NCBI GenBank assembly: GCA_030539335.1
Contig: JAUNSG010000011.1
Coordinates: 19,238-83,237, forward strand
Source: Eubacteriales bacterium
GTDB lineage: Bacteria; Bacillota; Clostridia; Oscillospirales; Butyricicoccaceae
DNA length: 64,000 bases
Direction: 5' to 3'
Made by a program: the position numbers and the translations under genes. Below are positions 52,465-63,202 of this stretch, piece by piece. Position 1 is the first letter of the stretch. Every line of letters begins with the position of its first letter. A model generated the notes under the pieces. That model made no database searches. It saw nothing but the letters and a program-made list of their open reading frames with translations, and was not told the DNA's origin.

Positions 52465-53892
52465 TTATTTTTTCTCGTCGTTCTGGTATTTTTCCGGCGT
52501 CTTGATGACCACCGTCAGCCCCGAACGATCCTGTGCTTTTTTCCGTTTGCGGCGGACGGCGCGGAGGATCAGGAACAGGACACTGAACAGGACAAGCACT
52601 GCGGCAAGGACCGTGATGATAAGAAGACGGAGGGTATCCATCGGCAGGACGGTTGCCACGGCGCTGCCGGAACCGGCAGAAACGGTTTTCTGAAGGGAGC
52701 GGGCGGAGGACTGTGCAGCGGCAAACAAACCGGTTTTCACCGGAAGTACCGTGCGGCTGAGAACCGCCGCCTCGCCCTGCATGTGCGTTGCCGCCTTGTA
52801 GGTATCCCAAGCCTCTTCCTTCAAGCCGAGGGTGAGGACCGGCGTCTCGCCGTCTTCCTCCATCGCCACGGAATAGGTGATGTCGTCGGCGCTCAGGTCG
52901 GACGGAAGGACGATGGGAAGATCGGGAAGTTCCCCGGTATCCAGATTGATCTCCAGCCCGGCGCTCTCGATCGCAGCGGTCAGCGAATCGCTATAATCCG
53001 CCGGTGTCAGCGTCAGTGGGGTGTAGTTGTCACAGCAGTAGTCCACGAGCTTTTCGGTATCGCTGTATTTGGCGCCCGGATCCATGCTGTTCATGACGAC
53101 GACGATCAGGCTGCGGTCACCGCGCTCCATGTAAGCAACAAAGGTGTGGTGGGCCAGATGGGTCCAGCCGGTCTTTCCCGCGATCAGCTCTTTGTTGTAG
53201 TATTCCGAGGCCGGGAGAAGCATGTCGACCTTTGTCCAGATTTCCCACGGCTCCGTGACAACGTCGTCCACCTCAAGGGCATACTGCTTCGCCCCGGCAA
53301 ACGTATAGTAGTCCGAATGCTTGCTGAGCTCATAGGAGATCAGCGCCATATCACGTGCCGAGCAGCGGTGGATTTGCTCGTCGTCCGGGTCCAGTCCGTT
53401 CGGATTGGCAAAGTGGGTGTGGGTGCAGCCCAGCTCATCGGCACGGGCATTCATCATATCCACAAACGTATCCAGATCGCCGCCGACATATTCCGCCAGA
53501 ATGTTGGCGGCATCGTTGGCGGAATCCACGAGCATACAGTACATCAGATCGCGGATCGTACGCTTTTGCCCCTCCTCAAAGCCGATCAGGGTGGAGGTCG
53601 GATCGACGGCAATCAGTGCGTCATAGGTGACCTCCGCCTTATCGTCGAGGGAAATCTCCCCGGCATCGACCTTTTCCAGCACGAGCAGAGCGGTCATCTG
53701 TTTGGTGATGGAGGCCGGACGCAGCGCGCGGTTGGCGTGCTTTTGGTATAAAATCTCCCCGTTGGATGCATCGATGACGCAGGCGGATTCCGAAACCAGC
53801 TTCGGTGTCTCTGCCAGAGCCTGACTGTGTGCGCCCAGCCCGACGATGCAGCCGATCAGCAGGCACAGGGTGCAGAGTAGTTTTTTCTTCAT
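52465..53892 (-). CDS. D-alanyl-D-alanine carboxypeptidase (PBP5/S11 family)
   Basis: PASITK (SxxK), SAN, NPNGL, GKTG; signal peptide and C-terminal TM. Confidence 0.93.
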   Translation of the reverse strand: MKKKLLCTLCLLIGCIVGLGAHSQALAETPKLVSESACVIDASNGEILYQKHANRALRPASITKQMTALLVLEKVDAGEISLDDKAEVTYDALIAVDPTSTLIGFEEGQKRTIRDLMYCMLVDSANDAANILAEYVGGDLDTFVDMMNARADELGCTHTHFANPNGLDPDDEQIHRCSARDMALISYELSKHSDYYTFAGAKQYALEVDDVVTEPWEIWTKVDMLLPASEYYNKELIAGKTGWTHLAHHTFVAYMERGDRSLIVVVMNSMDPGAKYSDTEKLVDYCCDNYTPLTLTPADYSDSLTAAIESAGLEINLDTGELPDLPIVLPSDLSADDITYSVAMEEDGETPVLTLGLKEEAWDTYKAATHMQGEAAVLSRTVLPVKTGLFAAAQSSARSLQKTVSAGSGSAVATVLPMDTLRLLIITVLAAVLVLFSVLFLILRAVRRKRKKAQDRSGLTVVIKTPEKYQNDEKK

Positions 53893-54077
53893 TGTTTTGG
53901 TTCCCCCCGGATGATGGCGATTGCAAAATCAAACGATTGCACAATCTTATGTTATTTGGTACTATTATATGTGTGAACAATACCTGTCTCATCATACACC
54001 CAACCGGTAGAAAGTACAATATAAAATCGGGATAAATTTCAGGAAACCGGTAGAATAAGTGGATAAAGGATCATTTT

Positions 54078-54356
54078 ATGAAAGCAATTTGGATTTATCT
54101 GCTGCTCGTCAACGGCATCGGTGCGGCGGTCACGGCGTGGGATAAACGCGCCGCCCGGCGCGGCGCCTGGCGGGTTGCGGAAAAGACGCTGTTTCTGTGG
54201 TGTGTCCTGGGCGGCTGTCCGGGAGTGTACCTGACGATGCGGTGTATCCATCATAAGACACGGCATAAGCGCTTTATGTGGGGCATCCCATTGATTTTTG
54301 TCCTGCAATGCGCGCTGGTGTTCCTGCTGTGGAAACGCGTTATCACCATACTGTAA
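54078..54356 (+). CDS. DUF1294-type small membrane protein
   Basis: WDKRAARRGAWRVAEKTL, GG..G, HHKTRH. Confidence 0.85.
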   Translation: MKAIWIYLLLVNGIGAAVTAWDKRAARRGAWRVAEKTLFLWCVLGGCPGVYLTMRCIHHKTRHKRFMWGIPLIFVLQCALVFLLWKRVITIL

Positions 54357-54380
54357 CGGGAGAAGAAAAGGAGAAGTATT

Positions 54381-55646
54381 ATGCTGTTATTGAAACATGG
54401 CCTGCTGCTCGATCCGTATACACAGACCGAGTGTCAGACAGATCTTCTGATTGACGACTATGGCATTCTGGCGGAGATCGGGCCGGCCCTGTCGGCGGAC
54501 TGCCCGACGGTGGATCTGGCCGGACGCACGGTTTCGCCGGGTCTGGTGGATGTGCATGTCCACTTCCGCGATCCGGGTCTGACGCACAAGGAGGATGTGA
54601 TCTCGGGCGCGGCGGCGGCCGCCGCAGGCGGCTTTACGACCGTGGTCTGCATGGCGAATACCAAACCGGTGGTGGACACCGTCGAGACACTGGAGTATGT
54701 GCAGGAGAAGGCCAGGCAGGTGCCGGTCAATGTCCTGCAGGCCGCGGCGGTGACCAAGGGCCTGAAGGGCACAGAGCTGACGGATTTTGCCGCGCTGCAT
54801 GCCGCCGGGGCGCCGGGCTTTACGGACGACGGCATCAATCTGACCAACCCAAAGCTCTGTCTGGAGGCCATGTGCCGCGCGAAAGATCTTGCGGTTCCGC
54901 TGTCCTTCCACGAGGAGCAGCCGGACTTTATCCTGTCGCCGGGCGTCAACTATGGCAGCGCCGCGTCGATCAAATTCGGCGTGCCGGGCGCCATGCCGTC
55001 CTCCGAGGAGTGCATGATCGCGCGTGATATCGCGCTGGCGCTGCGTTCCGGCGCCCGTGTGGCGTTCCAGCATGTCAGCTCCGCGATTTCGGTCCAGATG
55101 ATCCGGGCGGGAAAACAGCTCGGCGCGGACATCCATGCCGAGGTGACGCCGCACCATTTGAGCATGACGGAAGAGGACGTGCTGGATCACGGCGTGAATG
55201 CGCGGATGAATCCGCCGCTGCGCACCGAGCATGACCGCCGGGCGCTGATTGAGGGCTTGAAGGATGGGACGATCGATATGATCGCCACCGACCATGCGCC
55301 TCACGCCGCCGAGGAAAAGAACCAGCCGTTTGCCAAGGCGCCGTCCGGCATCACCGGGCTGGAGACATCGTTCGCCGTGTGCAACACGACGCTCGTCCAG
55401 ACCGGAGAGATGACCCGGCTGGAGCTGCTGCGCGTGATGAGCCGGAACCCGGCGGAGTTTTACGGCATGACCGGCAAGTCGGTCGAGGTCGGGAACCGTG
55501 CGGAGCTGATGATTGCCGACTGGGAGGCGCCTGTCGTCTTTACCCATTACCGTTCCAAATCGACCAACACCCCCTTTACCGGGCGGGAGCTGACCGGCAA
55601 GGTCTGCGCCATCGTCATGGGGGACCAGTATTACACGCAGGAATAA
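54381..55646 (+). CDS. pyrC: dihydroorotase
   Basis: DVHVHFRDPG, MANTKP, QHVS, EVTPHH, MNPPLR, ATDHAPH. Confidence 0.93.
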   Translation: MLLLKHGLLLDPYTQTECQTDLLIDDYGILAEIGPALSADCPTVDLAGRTVSPGLVDVHVHFRDPGLTHKEDVISGAAAAAAGGFTTVVCMANTKPVVDTVETLEYVQEKARQVPVNVLQAAAVTKGLKGTELTDFAALHAAGAPGFTDDGINLTNPKLCLEAMCRAKDLAVPLSFHEEQPDFILSPGVNYGSAASIKFGVPGAMPSSEECMIARDIALALRSGARVAFQHVSSAISVQMIRAGKQLGADIHAEVTPHHLSMTEEDVLDHGVNARMNPPLRTEHDRRALIEGLKDGTIDMIATDHAPHAAEEKNQPFAKAPSGITGLETSFAVCNTTLVQTGEMTRLELLRVMSRNPAEFYGMTGKSVEVGNRAELMIADWEAPVVFTHYRSKSTNTPFTGRELTGKVCAIVMGDQYYTQE

Positions 55647-55661
55647 GGAGGAGAGAGCAGC

Positions 55662-55841
55662 ATGGGAATTTTCGATCCGGTTTCGTATACCGTCATCCGC
55701 ATTGACGGGGACTATGCCTATCTGCAAAAGGAGGACGACCCGGGCGCAGAGCTGGCACAGGTTGCGCTGGCCCGCCTGCCGGAGGGAATCGCGGACGGCA
55801 GCCGCGTACAGCGTGTCCTGACAGATTACGAGCTGTTGTAA
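55662..55841 (+). CDS. 59-aa conserved-type small protein (below ORF-track cutoff)
   Basis: GGAGGAG RBS; MGIFDPVSYTVIRIDGDYAYL...ALARLPEGIADGSRV. Confidence 0.65.
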   Translation: MGIFDPVSYTVIRIDGDYAYLQKEDDPGAELAQVALARLPEGIADGSRVQRVLTDYELL

Positions 55842-55903
55842 TCCGGAAACTGCCGCACCGAAGAAAGAAACACCGGTCCCAATGGACCGGTGTTTCTTTT
55901 GCT

Positions 55904-56749
55904 TTAAGTGCCGGACGGCAGTCCGGTTTCCCCGATAGCTGTTCCGACAAGGCCGTTTAGTGCCCGAATACTCGTCAGCTGCAGCTCGGTCGGTTCGCTT
56001 CCGAAATTACATTTTTCCACATGGACGTTGTAAACAATTACGGCCATTCCTTCCTGATATCCCCAGTTTTTTTGGATGATTTCTTTTGTGTTCCGGGAAT
56101 CCTTCCGGTCGACTGTGATGCAGGGATACACCCCTTCCGGGAGGACGGACAGGTTGGAGCCGGTATTTTCTTTGGTGGCGACTTCAAGAAAAAAGCTGCA
56201 CACTGTTTGCTCCGGATTCTGGTAAATCAGCAGCTGATTGGCGGGAAGGAGCGGCATCAGCGCATTTTCCTGCGCGGTTTTATACAGCTTGGCGACTTCG
56301 ATTTCGATCTGTCTGCGCTCTGGAAGCTCCGGAAAGATGGTTGTCATGATAATATGCCGCCGACGGATGTGCCGCTCGTATACCGTGTTTTTGTCCCTGG
56401 GGACACGGTTCTGTTCCATATTTTGAAGGAAAAACTCGACCGAGTTCAGATTCCTCTGGATTTTCTCGATTCTCTGCTGTGCCAGCGCTTTGCCTTCGAC
56501 CAATAGCTTCTGGAATTGTAAGACGCCCTGCTCGTCCAGGTATTGCGTCAGGTTCTTCAGGGGGATCCCGAGATCAATGCATAAAAGGATGGTATCCAGT
56601 GTGGGAAGCTGTTCGGCAGAGTAGTACCGGTATTTTGTTTTTTCATCGATGTATGCAGGGGCCAGCAGGCCCTTTTTCTCATAATAGCGCAGCGAATTGA
56701 TGTTGATATTTCGCAGTCTGGCAAATTCGCTGATGGTAAAATACTGCAT
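55904..56749 (-). CDS. MerR-family regulator
   Basis: FTISEFARL, SLRYYEKKGLLAP, YRYYS. Confidence 0.9.
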   Translation of the reverse strand: MQYFTISEFARLRNININSLRYYEKKGLLAPAYIDEKTKYRYYSAEQLPTLDTILLCIDLGIPLKNLTQYLDEQGVLQFQKLLVEGKALAQQRIEKIQRNLNSVEFFLQNMEQNRVPRDKNTVYERHIRRRHIIMTTIFPELPERRQIEIEVAKLYKTAQENALMPLLPANQLLIYQNPEQTVCSFFLEVATKENTGSNLSVLPEGVYPCITVDRKDSRNTKEIIQKNWGYQEGMAVIVYNVHVEKCNFGSEPTELQLTSIRALNGLVGTAIGETGLPSGT

Positions 56750-56830
56750 CTTTCTCGCCTCCTGTTGACTCTGTTATTATAACAGGGTTTAACATGATAG
56801 GGAACCCAAAGTTATGGAGGAATTTATCCG

Positions 56831-57994
56831 ATGAATACAAAATCAAAAAACTATCTTCTCTTCCTGTCGGTACTTTCTGTGTTTGCCTTTGGCAACTGTA
56901 TGGGAGCGATCGATGGCGCGTTATCCAAAATTGCCGTGGCGCTGGAGGTGGATCACACCGTGGCCCTGTATGTCGGAAGCATCCCGGCGCTGACCTCTGT
57001 GGCATCCAGCCTGTTCCTGGGATTTGTTGCGGGGAAAAAGCTTCCGTTTAAGGCCTGTGCCGTTTGCTGTGCGGTTTTGATGATTTTTGCGGGTACGATC
57101 CCCTTCCTGGCACAAAATTTTGCAGCAATCCTGCTTGCGAGGGGATTCTTTGGCTTGGGGCTTGGCGGGATGATGAGCCTGCAAAACCCGATCGCGACAA
57201 AGCTGATCCCGCTGGAAAGCAGGGCTGCGATCCTCGGTGTGGGGACGTGCATAGCGTTTCTGTTTCAGTGCATTTTACAGCTTGTGGGTGGGATTCTGGC
57301 GGATGTTCGTTGGAATCTGGTCTTTTTCACCCATCTGATTCTGCTGATCCCGCTTGTGGCCATGGCGTTTCTGCTTCCCAAAATGGCGCTGGACCCTCCC
57401 GAAGCAAAACAGGAGGGAACGGAAAAGCTTTCGGCGACTGTGCTTGTGATGTGCGTAATCCTGGGGGTCATTGTCATGAATCTGGCGCCGCTCCTGTTCG
57501 GCAGTGCGTTTTATGTGGCCGCCCTTTCCGACAGCGCCACGATCGCTTCCGTGATAGCCATGCTGTTTTCCATTGGATGCATGATCGGTGGCTTGCTCTA
57601 TCCGACACTGTATCGCGTGCTGAAAGAGAAATGCTTCGCCGCTTTTTTGTTGATTGGTGCAATGGGCCTTCTCATCAGTGCGACGGCGACTTCCATCCCG
57701 CTGCTTGGGATCGGTTTCTTTATCGGCGGCATCAGCTTTGCCAGCACACAGACCGGAATGATGATGCTGATCGGGCTGCTCTGTCCCCCGGAGCGAGTGG
57801 CGTTTGCATCCGCCCTCATGATGGTGTTTTTAAATCTCGGGGCTTTTCTTTGCTCCAGCTGGGAAAGGATGATTGGAACGATCACAGGCGATTCCCTGTA
57901 CGCACCGCTTCTGGTGGGTGCAGTGATTTTTGTCATTCTGGCCGTGATCCTGTTTGTGAGATCGCCGTTCCCGCGGGGCAGGAGGAGCGCATAA
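56831..57994 (+). CDS. MFS transporter
   Basis: about 12 hydrophobic segments, LLARGFFGLG; divergent from MerR. Confidence 0.88.
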   Translation: MNTKSKNYLLFLSVLSVFAFGNCMGAIDGALSKIAVALEVDHTVALYVGSIPALTSVASSLFLGFVAGKKLPFKACAVCCAVLMIFAGTIPFLAQNFAAILLARGFFGLGLGGMMSLQNPIATKLIPLESRAAILGVGTCIAFLFQCILQLVGGILADVRWNLVFFTHLILLIPLVAMAFLLPKMALDPPEAKQEGTEKLSATVLVMCVILGVIVMNLAPLLFGSAFYVAALSDSATIASVIAMLFSIGCMIGGLLYPTLYRVLKEKCFAAFLLIGAMGLLISATATSIPLLGIGFFIGGISFASTQTGMMMLIGLLCPPERVAFASALMMVFLNLGAFLCSSWERMIGTITGDSLYAPLLVGAVIFVILAVILFVRSPFPRGRRSA

Positions 57995-58225
57995 TCCGGA
58001 CGACGATACCATTCCGGCAGGGGCAGATCTTACCCACTTGTCCGGAAATTGAAAAAAATTACAGATAAAAGAAGAAGGATGACAAAATTGTTGTGCAACC
58101 TGGCGGAGTTGTTACGAAACTGTTTCTAATTTGTTCATGGGTTGTTCCTTCCCTTTTCATAAATTCGTGTTATAATACCACTAGATGTAAAAAAGAAGCG
58201 CGAAATTGCAACGAAAGATCGCGCT

Positions 58226-58954
58226 TTGGGGGGACGCACTTCGCACGAGAAAGAAAATGGAGGCAATTCATTGACAGAGAAAAAGGACTTTTGCTGCATG
58301 GTTCTGTGTGGCTATGGCTCCGGCCAGCAGGACGGACAGACACTGTGCCAGCACTTACAGAGAAACGGGATGGATGCCGTTTTGGTTCCGCCGTGCGCCG
58401 GGGAGAAGGCACGGCTGTCCCGCCGGTTTTGGATTCATACCGTCCGGATGAGATATCTGACCTTGCGCCGGCAGTACCGGCGCATCGCCGTGATCGGCCT
58501 GTCGATCGGCGGCATGATGGAATTTCATCTGGCGGAATTCCGGCCTGCGGCGGCGGTATTCATCAACTCACCGATGGGGAACAGCTCATTGCAGGAAATC
58601 CGCCGTCTGTTCCGCCGGGACCTGCAGCCGGAGCTCGGGTTCCTGCGCTCGCCGTTCGGATGCTATCAGCTCTGGCGGTTTGTGCAGGATACGCGCAGAT
58701 GCCCGATTTCCGATTTGGAATGCCCGACCCTGATCATCCAGACGCGGGATGACAAGGTGAGCGATCCAAACAATGCCGAGGAGCTGTACAAGCGCCTGCG
58801 CGTCAGCAGCAAAAACCTCCGCTATTATGACAACGGAGGACACAATGTTCTGGACAGCCGCATGGATCTGTCTGTATGCAGTGACGTATTTCAGTTCTGT
58901 TCCTCCATACGCGGGGAAGCAGAGGAAAAAGAACCCGCAGAGACTCTTTCCTGA
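58226..58954 (+). CDS. alpha/beta hydrolase (carboxylesterase-like)
   Basis: GLSIGG, QTRDDKV, GGHNV; start uncertain. Confidence 0.7.
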   Translation: MGGRTSHEKENGGNSLTEKKDFCCMVLCGYGSGQQDGQTLCQHLQRNGMDAVLVPPCAGEKARLSRRFWIHTVRMRYLTLRRQYRRIAVIGLSIGGMMEFHLAEFRPAAAVFINSPMGNSSLQEIRRLFRRDLQPELGFLRSPFGCYQLWRFVQDTRRCPISDLECPTLIIQTRDDKVSDPNNAEELYKRLRVSSKNLRYYDNGGHNVLDSRMDLSVCSDVFQFCSSIRGEAEEKEPAETLS

Positions 58955-58974
58955 GCTGCTCTGCGGGTTTTCTA

Positions 58975-59562
58975 TTACAGCGATCCCTTGGTGGACAGGA
59001 CATCCACAATGCGCGGGTCGTGCTGGGTTGCCATATCGAGCGCCTTGGCGAACGCTTTGAACATCGCTTCCATGATGTGGTGGTTGTTCGAGCCGTAGAA
59101 TACCTTGATGTGCAGGTTCATGCCGGCGGCATAGGAGATGGCATAGAAGAACTCCCGTGCCATTTCGGTGTCCATATCGCCGCAGCGGTCCGCGGTGAAT
59201 TCGCCGTCAAAGACCAGATACGGGCGGCCGGACAGATCTACGGCGCAGAGCACCAATGCCTCATCCATCGGGAGGATGCAGGAGCCATAGCGGCGGATGC
59301 CCTTTTTGTCACCGACCGCCTCGCGGATCGCGGTGCCGAGGACGATGCCGGTGTCCTCTACGGTGTGATGGCAGTCGACCTCCAAATCGCCGTCCACCTT
59401 GACCTCCAGGTCAAACAGGCCGTGACGGGCGAAGCCGTCGAGCATATGATCGAAAAAACCGATGCCGGAATCTAGGGCGGCCTTTCCGGTGCCGTCGAGA
59501 TTCAGATCGAGTGAAATTTTTGTTTCCTTTGTGTTGCGCTGTACGCGGCTGGTTCTGGGCAT
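58975..59562 (-). CDS. hisB: imidazoleglycerol-phosphate dehydratase
   Basis: RNTKET, GFFDHML, DCHHTVED, NNHHIMEAMFKA, STKG. Confidence 0.97.
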   Translation of the reverse strand: MPRTSRVQRNTKETKISLDLNLDGTGKAALDSGIGFFDHMLDGFARHGLFDLEVKVDGDLEVDCHHTVEDTGIVLGTAIREAVGDKKGIRRYGSCILPMDEALVLCAVDLSGRPYLVFDGEFTADRCGDMDTEMAREFFYAISYAAGMNLHIKVFYGSNNHHIMEAMFKAFAKALDMATQHDPRIVDVLSTKGSL

Positions 59563-59784
59563 AACTGCGCGCTCCTTTCTGATAGATCGCAATTGCTAAA
59601 CCAATTATAACGGGTGGAGGACGGTTTTGCAACATTTCGGAGGAAATACCATGGTGTGCCGGGAAAATGGATCTGTGCCGTCCGGTTGTTTTTCCATAGT
59701 AAAATGTTAAATTTTCTTGGAAAAAGGCCATAGCCGAAAAAATATGGTATACTGGTAACGGAATGTGAAAAGGAGAGATTCGGC

Positions 59785-60348
59785 ATGAGCGAATGGAAAG
59801 AAAAAGTAGAGAACTATTTGCAGCAGCAGGAGGAAATCCATGCGGCTGATTTTGCGGTAAAACGAAATGTGGTGCAGTCCGGCTATGCGTTTTCCATGAG
59901 CGCGTCCTACCGGAACGATGACCCGCGCTATATGCTGGGGATCAAGGGGGCGCTGGAAAATGACAATCTGTGCAGTGAATACTGCTTTTTTGCGGACTGT
60001 GAGGAGCTGACGGCGGAAAAGCTGGACTGGTACTTCACGGCGGGCAATGAGATCCGGGATGCGCTGACCGAACAGGGACAGTCAGGACATCAGTTCACGA
60101 TGATCGGGCTGGTGCTGTGCACCGAGAATTTCCCGAAAAACCTGCACCGCAAGGTGCGCCGCCATTCGGACATCAAGCGGTATAAAAAGACCGGAACCGG
60201 CTGGAGTGAGGTGCGCATCTGCGTGGTCGACCTGGCGGACGGGATGATCTATGCCAACGCGGACGGCGACGCGCTCAAGCGCCGGCTGACGCAGGGTGTC
60301 CCGCAGCAGAAGCCGAGCCTTTGGGCGAAGCTGCTCGGACGGGCGTAA
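59785..60348 (+). CDS. hypothetical protein
   Basis: 187-aa ORF with GGAG RBS and upstream promoter-like sequence; no family recognised. Confidence 0.65.
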   Translation: MSEWKEKVENYLQQQEEIHAADFAVKRNVVQSGYAFSMSASYRNDDPRYMLGIKGALENDNLCSEYCFFADCEELTAEKLDWYFTAGNEIRDALTEQGQSGHQFTMIGLVLCTENFPKNLHRKVRRHSDIKRYKKTGTGWSEVRICVVDLADGMIYANADGDALKRRLTQGVPQQKPSLWAKLLGRA

Positions 60349-60463
60349 CCCATGCTTCGGGCATGACCACAGAAGAAGCAGCCGCAAAAATGGACGCTTC
60401 GGTGGAAGATTTGACAAAGCGGTTGAACGGCGGGAAGAACTAGAACGACAAGGGGGAAAGCAA

Positions 60464-60868
60464 ATGGGCATTGGATTTGATATCGGCTTTGGCGTATTTG
60501 AGGTTCTGTTTGTCGTTGTCTTTGTGATTGTCCTTGGGACGTTCCTTGTGACGGCGGTAAAGGGAATTGGCACATGGAACAAAAACAACCATTCCCCGCG
60601 GCTCACGGTTTCGGCGGTGGTCGTGACGAAACGCACGGAGGTCTCGCACATGACCCATGCCAATGCGGGCGATCCGACCGGCGCCCATGGATTCCACACG
60701 ACCTCTTCGTCGCGGTATTTCGTGACCTTTGAGGTGGAAAGCGGGGACCGGATGGAATTTTCCATCGACGGTGCCGAGTACGGCATGCTGGCGGAAGGGG
60801 ACAGAGGGTATCTGTCCTTTCAGGGGACGCGGTATCTGTCGTTTGAACGGGGAAACAAAGACGGGTGA
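60464..60868 (+). CDS. DUF2500-type membrane protein
   Basis: N-terminal TM, WNKNNHSPRLTV, YFVTFEVESGDR, FQGTRY. Confidence 0.85.
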   Translation: MGIGFDIGFGVFEVLFVVVFVIVLGTFLVTAVKGIGTWNKNNHSPRLTVSAVVVTKRTEVSHMTHANAGDPTGAHGFHTTSSSRYFVTFEVESGDRMEFSIDGAEYGMLAEGDRGYLSFQGTRYLSFERGNKDG

Positions 60869-61004
60869 GCGGAAACCACTTGTAACAGCGTGAGAAGGAG
60901 GCGGATGGGTTGTACCGTGCATCCAGACCGTCTGCCCGATAATTTCATAGACAAACAAAGCCTGCTGGGCAAACCCAGCAGGCTTTTTGTATGGTCAAAA
61001 CAAC

Positions 61005-62273
61005 TTATTTTTCCTGCAAGCGGACGCGGACGGAGTTTTCGTGTGCCATCAGGCCCTCCTCATGCGCCAGACGGGTGCAGGTATCCGCCAGATTGCGGCA
61101 GCCCTCGCGGGAGATGTGCTGGGTGAAGGAGGCTTTGAGGAAGGTACCGACCCAGACGCCGTTGGAATACTTGGCGGTTGCCATGGTCGGCAGGGTGTGA
61201 TTGGTGCCGGAGCAGTAGTCGCCGAATGCAACCGGGGTGTATTCCCCGATGAACAGCGAACCGAAGTTGGTCAGGCGGGATGCAACCGATTCCGCGTTGT
61301 GGGTGTGTACCTCCAGATGCTCCGGAGCGATGTCGTTGGTGAGTGCAATCGCCTCGTCCATGCTGTCGGCAATCAGGATCATGCCGTTGTCATTCCAGGA
61401 CTGCATCGCGGTCTCTCCGGTAGAGAGCGTCGGCGCCATCTTTTCCAGGGAATCCAGCACCTTCTGGGCGAATTCCGGCGAGGTGGTGACCAGCGTGCTG
61501 CGCGCATTCAGATCGTGCTCACTTTGGGCGAGCAGGTCTGCGGCGGTAAAGTCCGGATTGGCCTGTCCGTCCGCCAGAACCAGAACCTCACTCGGTCCGG
61601 CCAGGCTGTCGATGCCGACCGAGCCCATGACCTGACGCTTGGCCTCTACCACAAAGCGGTTGCCCGGACCGGCGATCAAATCGACCTTTTTGACGGTTTC
61701 CGTGCCATAGGCCATCGCCGCGATCGCCTGTGCGCCGCCGGTGCAGTAGATTTCATCGACACCGGCGATATCCATCGCCACGAGCACCGCCGGATGGATC
61801 GTGTCATAGCCCTTGGACACCGGGCTGCATGCGACGACGGTCTTGACCCCGGCGACCTTGGCGGGGATTGCGAGCATGAGCGCCGAGCTGGGCAGTGGAT
61901 AGCGGCCGGCAGGGACATATGCACCGACGGTTTCCACCGGGATCAGACGATGGCCCAGAGTGACGCCCGGCACCGGTGTCGCCGTGGTCAGTGGGCGGAT
62001 GCATTCGAGCTGCTTTTCCGCGAAGAAACGGATCTGTGCAGCGGCGGCGCGGATGGCATCGACGGTTTCCGGTGCAACCTGCGTATAAGCCGCATGGATC
62101 TGTTCGTCCGAGATGCGCACGGTGTCCATTTCCACGTTATCAAACTTTTTGGTCAGGGCGAGAAGCTCCTTATCGCCCTTTTCACATACGCTGCGGATGA
62201 TCTCCGCGACGAGATCGGTTGTGGCCTGATCGCGCTCATAGGTCTTGCGCGGCGCGTCCTTCATCAAATACAT
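61005..62273 (-). CDS. hisD: histidinol dehydrogenase family protein
   Basis: GPGNRFV, AGPSE, QSEHD, APEHLE, GDYCSGTNHTLPT; monocistronic with its own promoter; may be a paralogue (see findings). Confidence 0.8.
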   Translation of the reverse strand: MYLMKDAPRKTYERDQATTDLVAEIIRSVCEKGDKELLALTKKFDNVEMDTVRISDEQIHAAYTQVAPETVDAIRAAAAQIRFFAEKQLECIRPLTTATPVPGVTLGHRLIPVETVGAYVPAGRYPLPSSALMLAIPAKVAGVKTVVACSPVSKGYDTIHPAVLVAMDIAGVDEIYCTGGAQAIAAMAYGTETVKKVDLIAGPGNRFVVEAKRQVMGSVGIDSLAGPSEVLVLADGQANPDFTAADLLAQSEHDLNARSTLVTTSPEFAQKVLDSLEKMAPTLSTGETAMQSWNDNGMILIADSMDEAIALTNDIAPEHLEVHTHNAESVASRLTNFGSLFIGEYTPVAFGDYCSGTNHTLPTMATAKYSNGVWVGTFLKASFTQHISREGCRNLADTCTRLAHEEGLMAHENSVRVRLQEK

Positions 62274-62441
62274 GGGATAGGCTCCTTTTTTTGAGTTATC
62301 AGAATGTCAGTTTCCATCATAGGCTTACAGTTGCCTTTATTATAATGCGGATCGAAGGGGGTTGTCAATGTTGCGCGGTTTCGGGACAGAGAACGCAAAG
62401 CGGGAGTGGGCCTCCCGCCCACTCCCGGTCCGTTTGTCTGC

Positions 62442-63188
62442 TTACCGTGCGACCTTCGTCAGGAACGCCTGGGTCCGCGGATTCTGCGGGTTGTCCAAAA
62501 CATCCTCCGGACGGCCCTGCTCGACGATGTATCCATCCGCCATGAAAATCACGCGGTCGGACACCGCCTTGGCGAAGTCGATCTCATGGGTGACAATGAC
62601 CATGGTCATCTTCTCCTCGGCCAGTTGGCGCAGGATCTTGAGGACCTCGGTCGTCAGCTCCGGATCGAGCGCGGACGTCGGTTCATCAAAGAACAGCATT
62701 TTCGGATTCATCGCCAGGGCACGGGCGATAGCGACGCGCTGCTGTTGTCCGCCGGAGAGCTGGCAGGGATAATTGTCCGCCTTTTCGGCCAGACCGACGT
62801 CATTCAGCAGCTTTTTTGCCTCAGCGATGACCTCGTTCCTGCCGCGCTTCTGGATGTGGATCGGCGCATCGATCAGGTTTTTCAGGACGGAGTAATGCGG
62901 GAACAGATTGAAGTTCTGGAAGACCAGTCCGTAAAAGCTCTTGAGCTGGGCCAGCTTGCGTTTGTCGGCATAGACGCCGTTTTTTACCGCGGCATCGCCG
63001 CCGTAAATCAGATCGCCGCCGTCCATGGTTTCCAGCATGGTGGCACAGCGCAGCAGGGTGGATTTGCCCGAACCGGAAGGGCCGATGATCGAGACGACCT
63101 CGCCCTCTGCCACAGACATGGAGATGTCGTGCAGGACATGCAGATCGCCAAAGCTCTTTTTCAAATGGTTGATTTCCAACAGTTTCAT
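62442..63188 (-). CDS. polar amino acid ABC transporter ATP-binding protein
   Basis: [27 protein letters not shown]. Confidence 0.95.
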   Translation of the reverse strand: MKLLEINHLKKSFGDLHVLHDISMSVAEGEVVSIIGPSGSGKSTLLRCATMLETMDGGDLIYGGDAAVKNGVYADKRKLAQLKSFYGLVFQNFNLFPHYSVLKNLIDAPIHIQKRGRNEVIAEAKKLLNDVGLAEKADNYPCQLSGGQQQRVAIARALAMNPKMLFFDEPTSALDPELTTEVLKILRQLAEEKMTMVIVTHEIDFAKAVSDRVIFMADGYIVEQGRPEDVLDNPQNPRTQAFLTKVAR

Positions 63189-63202
63189 TGCAGCACCCCT
63201 CC

